Below are positions 61,292 to 64,000 of a stretch of DNA of 64,000 bases, piece after piece. Numbering within the stretch: the stretch's first letter is position 1; every line of letters starts with the position of its first letter. The translations under genes were made by a program, and so were the position numbers. The notes below the pieces were generated by a model that saw only the letters and a list, made by a program, of their open reading frames with translations, had not been told where the DNA came from and searched no databases. The DNA is from Enterobacter phage vB_ExiM_F4M1E: the sequence record OL744216.1; one strand, 5' to 3'.

Positions 61292-61379
61292 AGAAGAGTG
61301 GCGAAATCGGTAGCCGCACCGGACCGCTAATCCGGGGTCCCCTCGGGGCCTGAGAGTTCAAGTCTCTCCTCTTCTGCCA
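61292..61379 (+). tRNA. tRNA-Ser (anticodon GCT), class II
   Basis: acceptor agaagag/ctcttct, anticodon stem ccgga/tccgg, loop ccgctaa (C at position 33), long variable arm, T loop ttcaagt, G73, CCA. Confidence 0.65.
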
Positions 61380-61384
61380 AACAT

Positions 61385-61460
61385 GGAACTGTAGCTCAGT
61401 TGGTAGAGCGGTTGCCTGAAGAGCAGCGCGTCAGCGGTTCAAATCCGTTCAGTTCCACCA
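61385..61460 (+). tRNA. tRNA-Phe (anticodon GAA)
   Basis: acceptor ggaactg/cagttcc, D arm agctcagttggtagagc, loop ctgaaga, T loop ttcaaat, A73, CCA. Confidence 0.85.
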
Positions 61461-61502
61461 AATTCCAATAAGAATAAAATATCTCCTCTCCTTCGCCTCA
61501 GT

Positions 61503-61530
61503 GCCCTCCCTTTGCGGAGGGCTTTTTTAT
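61503..61530 (+). terminator. rho-independent terminator after the tRNA array
   Basis: gccctccc-tttgc-ggagggc then tttttt. Confidence 0.75.
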
Positions 61531-61570
61531 TTGTGCTTTCGGTGATAAAATACCCGAAAGGAGGATTCGA

Positions 61571-62395
61571 ATGCTTGAGCTTATGGTTTGTACTAATCAA
61601 CCACAAAAACCACCACCAAGTGGTCAACTTTTTGTAAGTTCTGACCAAGACTACATATGGACCGTCCCTGACAGGGTGTTTAAAATCTCGATCGTCTGTG
61701 TTGGTGGGGGACAGCCATCTGCCAATATGGCAACCTCCGGAAAGTACGGTGGGGATCTTAGATGGACTAACAATGTCCCTGTTTCTCCCGGGGAGACATT
61801 GATTATCCGGACTACTTCCTCCACCCCGGCTTCCGAGACGGCAGGCAGAAGTTCTGCCGTATACCGAGGTTCTGCATCTGAAGAGAACCTCATCCTTCGG
61901 GCAGGTGGAGGAGGAAACTCCACTTATCCTTCTACCCTTCTCGGGGGCGGAGTAGGAGGAGGTAACGGAGGTGCTCCTTCGGGAAGGTCAGGAGGAGGGG
62001 CAGGCGGTTATTTGGGCAACGGAGGAGCCGGGGGCGGGAATCCTGCAACATCCGGCTCAGGCGGAGGAGGAGGAGGGGCACCATACACCTTCCAAGGGTA
62101 TAGTTTCGGAGGAGCCGGGGGCGGGGTTGGTGTTCACGGAAAAGGATCAGACGGGGCAGGCGGCACCTCTTCCGGAGGGGATACTGCGGGTGGGTCATAC
62201 GGGTCATATATCCAAGGGTCACCTGTATCCCAAGCCCCCACAAGAACCTCTGCCACCAAGCCAGGTAGATTTGGAGGAGGAGCCGGGTCAACCAATAGAG
62301 ACTTGGCGGCAATTCCGGGGTCCCCCGGTGCAGTAAGGATAGTCTGGGGGGAGGGTAGAGAGTTCCCTGATGCAGATAATGTTAAGGATGTGTAA
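61571..62395 (+). CDS. glycine-rich protein, paralog 1 (274 aa)
   Basis: aaggagg SD; conserved N-terminal module (MLEL...DYIWTVPDRVFKISIVCVGGGQPS), central GGxGG low-complexity region, conserved C-terminus GAVRIVWGEGREFP. Confidence 0.65.
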   Translation: MLELMVCTNQPQKPPPSGQLFVSSDQDYIWTVPDRVFKISIVCVGGGQPSANMATSGKYGGDLRWTNNVPVSPGETLIIRTTSSTPASETAGRSSAVYRGSASEENLILRAGGGGNSTYPSTLLGGGVGGGNGGAPSGRSGGGAGGYLGNGGAGGGNPATSGSGGGGGGAPYTFQGYSFGGAGGGVGVHGKGSDGAGGTSSGGDTAGGSYGSYIQGSPVSQAPTRTSATKPGRFGGGAGSTNRDLAAIPGSPGAVRIVWGEGREFPDADNVKDV

Positions 62396-63217
62396 ATGCT
62401 TGAACTTTTAGCAATGACTGGAAAAAAGTACGATCCTGACCCGACAGATGTTCAAGGTCAGGTTTTCTTCACTGCTACTACAGGAACTGACTGGACTGTC
62501 CCGGCTGGCGTCTACGCTATATCTGCTGTATGTATTGGGGGTGGTCAGCCGTCCGGATCAGGAAACATAAACGGTAGGGATGGCGGAGATCTGCGATGGA
62601 AAAACAAAATTCCAGTAACTCCGGGAGAGGTGCTGAGAATAAGAGCCTCTGTTGCAACAAATTATCTAACCTTTGCGGGCCAGGCATCTAACATCGTAAG
62701 AAAAGAGAGCGGAGAGGTCCTTCTTCAGGCCGGGGGCGGAGGAAACACTCAAGAATTATCAACCCCTCTCGGCGATGGTGTTGGCGGCGGAAACGGCGGG
62801 AAAGGGAACATGAGAGGCGGCGGCGGTGCAGGGGGCTATTCAGGGAACGGCGGTAACGGGTCAAGTAATGAAAAAGGGTGGCCTGGTACAGGTGGTGCCG
62901 GAGGTGGTGGTTGTTATTATGTCTACAACGGGACCACTTATGGCGGCGGCGGCGGAGGAACGGGCGTCCACGGAGAAGGGCCTAATGGAATTGGAGGTAC
63001 GGGAGGATCAGCCCCCTCTTCATCTGGAGGAGGATCAGGCAGTTGGTTCTCAACAACCCCCTCCGGACAGAAGCCTTTAAGTGCCAACGGACCTAATGGC
63101 GGCGACTTCGGAGGAGGCGCAGGAGGTTCATCCGGTTACAACGGGACCAGGGGTGCTGTCCGAATCATCTGGGGCAAAGGTCGAGAATTTCCTTCTACGG
63201 GGACTAAAGATGTCTAA
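62396..63217 (+). CDS. glycine-rich protein, paralog 2 (273 aa)
   Basis: start immediately follows the paralog-1 stop; MLEL...DWTVPAGVYAISAVCIGGGQPS ... GAVRIIWGKGREFP. Confidence 0.65.
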   Translation: MLELLAMTGKKYDPDPTDVQGQVFFTATTGTDWTVPAGVYAISAVCIGGGQPSGSGNINGRDGGDLRWKNKIPVTPGEVLRIRASVATNYLTFAGQASNIVRKESGEVLLQAGGGGNTQELSTPLGDGVGGGNGGKGNMRGGGGAGGYSGNGGNGSSNEKGWPGTGGAGGGGCYYVYNGTTYGGGGGGTGVHGEGPNGIGGTGGSAPSSSGGGSGSWFSTTPSGQKPLSANGPNGGDFGGGAGGSSGYNGTRGAVRIIWGKGREFPSTGTKDV

Positions 63218-63220
63218 TTT

Positions 63221-63583
63221 CTTCATTAAGTATAAGAGGTATCTGATCGGCATCGGGGTTGCGATCCTGTTGCTGTTCTCCTTTAACTGGTACGTAGGCA
63301 CAAAAGAGTCAGCGGCATATGACCGTGGATTCCAGTCTGCGAATATTCAGTGGGAGAAAAAGGGGAAAGAGTACGTGGACCTTATCGACAAAGGTAAGGC
63401 CGAGAACACGGCTCTTAATGCTAAACTGGCGAAAGTCTCTGAAGAAAAGCGAAAGCTGGAAGAGGCCCGCCGTCATAATGTAAACGACAAGCAGATCGAA
63501 TACAACAAGACTGAAGCCGCCCGGAAGAAAGGGTTGGATGATGATTTTGTGGATCTGTACAACGAATCCTTGGGGGACTGATG
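63221..63583 (+). CDS. membrane-anchored coiled-coil protein (start 63221 within track ORF 63081..63581)
   Basis: internal Met MSNFFIKYKRYLIGIGVAILLLFSFNWY (TM) directly after the Gly-rich gene; coiled-coil KLAKVSEEKRKLEEARR. Confidence 0.4.
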
Positions 63584-63895
63584 AGAAAATTCATTCTCGG
63601 AATGTTCATGGTTCTGGCACTGTCAGCGTGTAGCAACAAAGACAGAATCCCAGAGGTGGCCTTTAAAGGAACCACGGTAGAAGACCTTGTAGATAAGCCG
63701 GACCGAGAGTTGATGCGTAAGGCTCCACCAAAGCAGTACCTCAAGAAAGGTACAGACAACGGTGAAGGCGCAGTTGTTATAAGTAACAACAACTTGCGGG
63801 CAGGGACAGTCGAGCGCAGGCTCGAAGACCTCCAGCAATATGTCTGCAACCTCTTCAAAGACCCGGTTGGGGAAGTCTGCGAAAAGGGTAAGTGA
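63581..63895 (+). CDS. putative lipoprotein (104 aa)
   Basis: MRKFILGMFMVLALSACSNKD has a LSAC lipobox; ATGA-coupled. Confidence 0.5.
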   Translation: MRKFILGMFMVLALSACSNKDRIPEVAFKGTTVEDLVDKPDRELMRKAPPKQYLKKGTDNGEGAVVISNNNLRAGTVERRLEDLQQYVCNLFKDPVGEVCEKGK

Positions 63896-64000
63896 TTGTG
63901 CCAAAAGGCTCTCCATTCGTGGAGGGCCTTTTCTTTTGGGGCACTTTGTGATAATATACCTACTATCGACACATGTCAATTTCTTTATTCAGGAGAGTTA

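Noticed and set aside
61651-62312. Minus-strand ORFs 61651..61923 and 61932..62312, and plus 61971..62336
   Set aside because: Alternative frames across the GGN-rich repeats of the glycine-rich genes. They are Pro/Arg/Leu-rich shadows with no independent start signals.
1-64000. CRISPR arrays, integrase, transposase or prophage attachment sites
   Set aside because: No direct-repeat/spacer periodicity and no integrase or transposase-like ORFs were seen. The repeats present are irregular regulatory-type repeats, not CRISPR.

Overview
The window reads as part of a large virulent, tRNA-rich phage genome organised like a T5-like siphovirus. I infer this from gene content and layout; no search was run. 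What it contains, left to right:

- **1-6.4 kb:** a plus-strand cassette of about 20 small ORFs. Eleven of them sit behind their own near-consensus sigma70 promoter (TTGACR, 17-18 bp spacer, [T/G/C]ATAAT), and every spacer is a GC-rich palindrome.
- **6.4-7.9 kb:** a non-coding zone dense in repeats. It holds Fur-box-like AATGATTCTCATT copies, a direct-repeat/inverted-repeat element and triplicated ACAGGT motifs.
- **7.9-53.6 kb:** a single minus-strand block of about 105 genes. Recognisable products are class Ia RNR (NrdA/NrdB), glutaredoxin, ThyX, PhoH, an M15 L-Ala-D-Glu peptidase endolysin, a HAD 5'-nucleotidase, dNMP kinase, a DnaQ-like exonuclease, an EndoVII-like and a RuvC-like resolvase, a FEN-type 5'-3' exonuclease, an HNH endonuclease, a NADAR-domain protein, ATP-dependent DNA ligase, MazG, an FmdB zinc ribbon, a ClpP-like protease, an N6A DNA methyltransferase, a CCA-adding enzyme, a PTH2-like protein, a Pol-beta superfamily nucleotidyltransferase, and two tandem RCC1-like propeller paralogs.
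- **53.9-58.5 kb:** a plus-strand block with a PRPP-synthetase-like protein next to a Nampt-like protein (a candidate NAD+ reconstitution / anti-defence pair).
- **58.8-61.5 kb:** about 20 tRNA genes, several atypical tRNA-like elements, and an embedded AT-hook protein gene.
- **61.6-63.2 kb:** two tandem paralogous glycine-rich proteins of unknown function.

I would prioritise the Gly-rich pair, the NAD module plus NADAR, the RCC1 pair, the hairpin-spacer promoter array, the Fur-box-like repeats and the odd tRNAs for follow-up.
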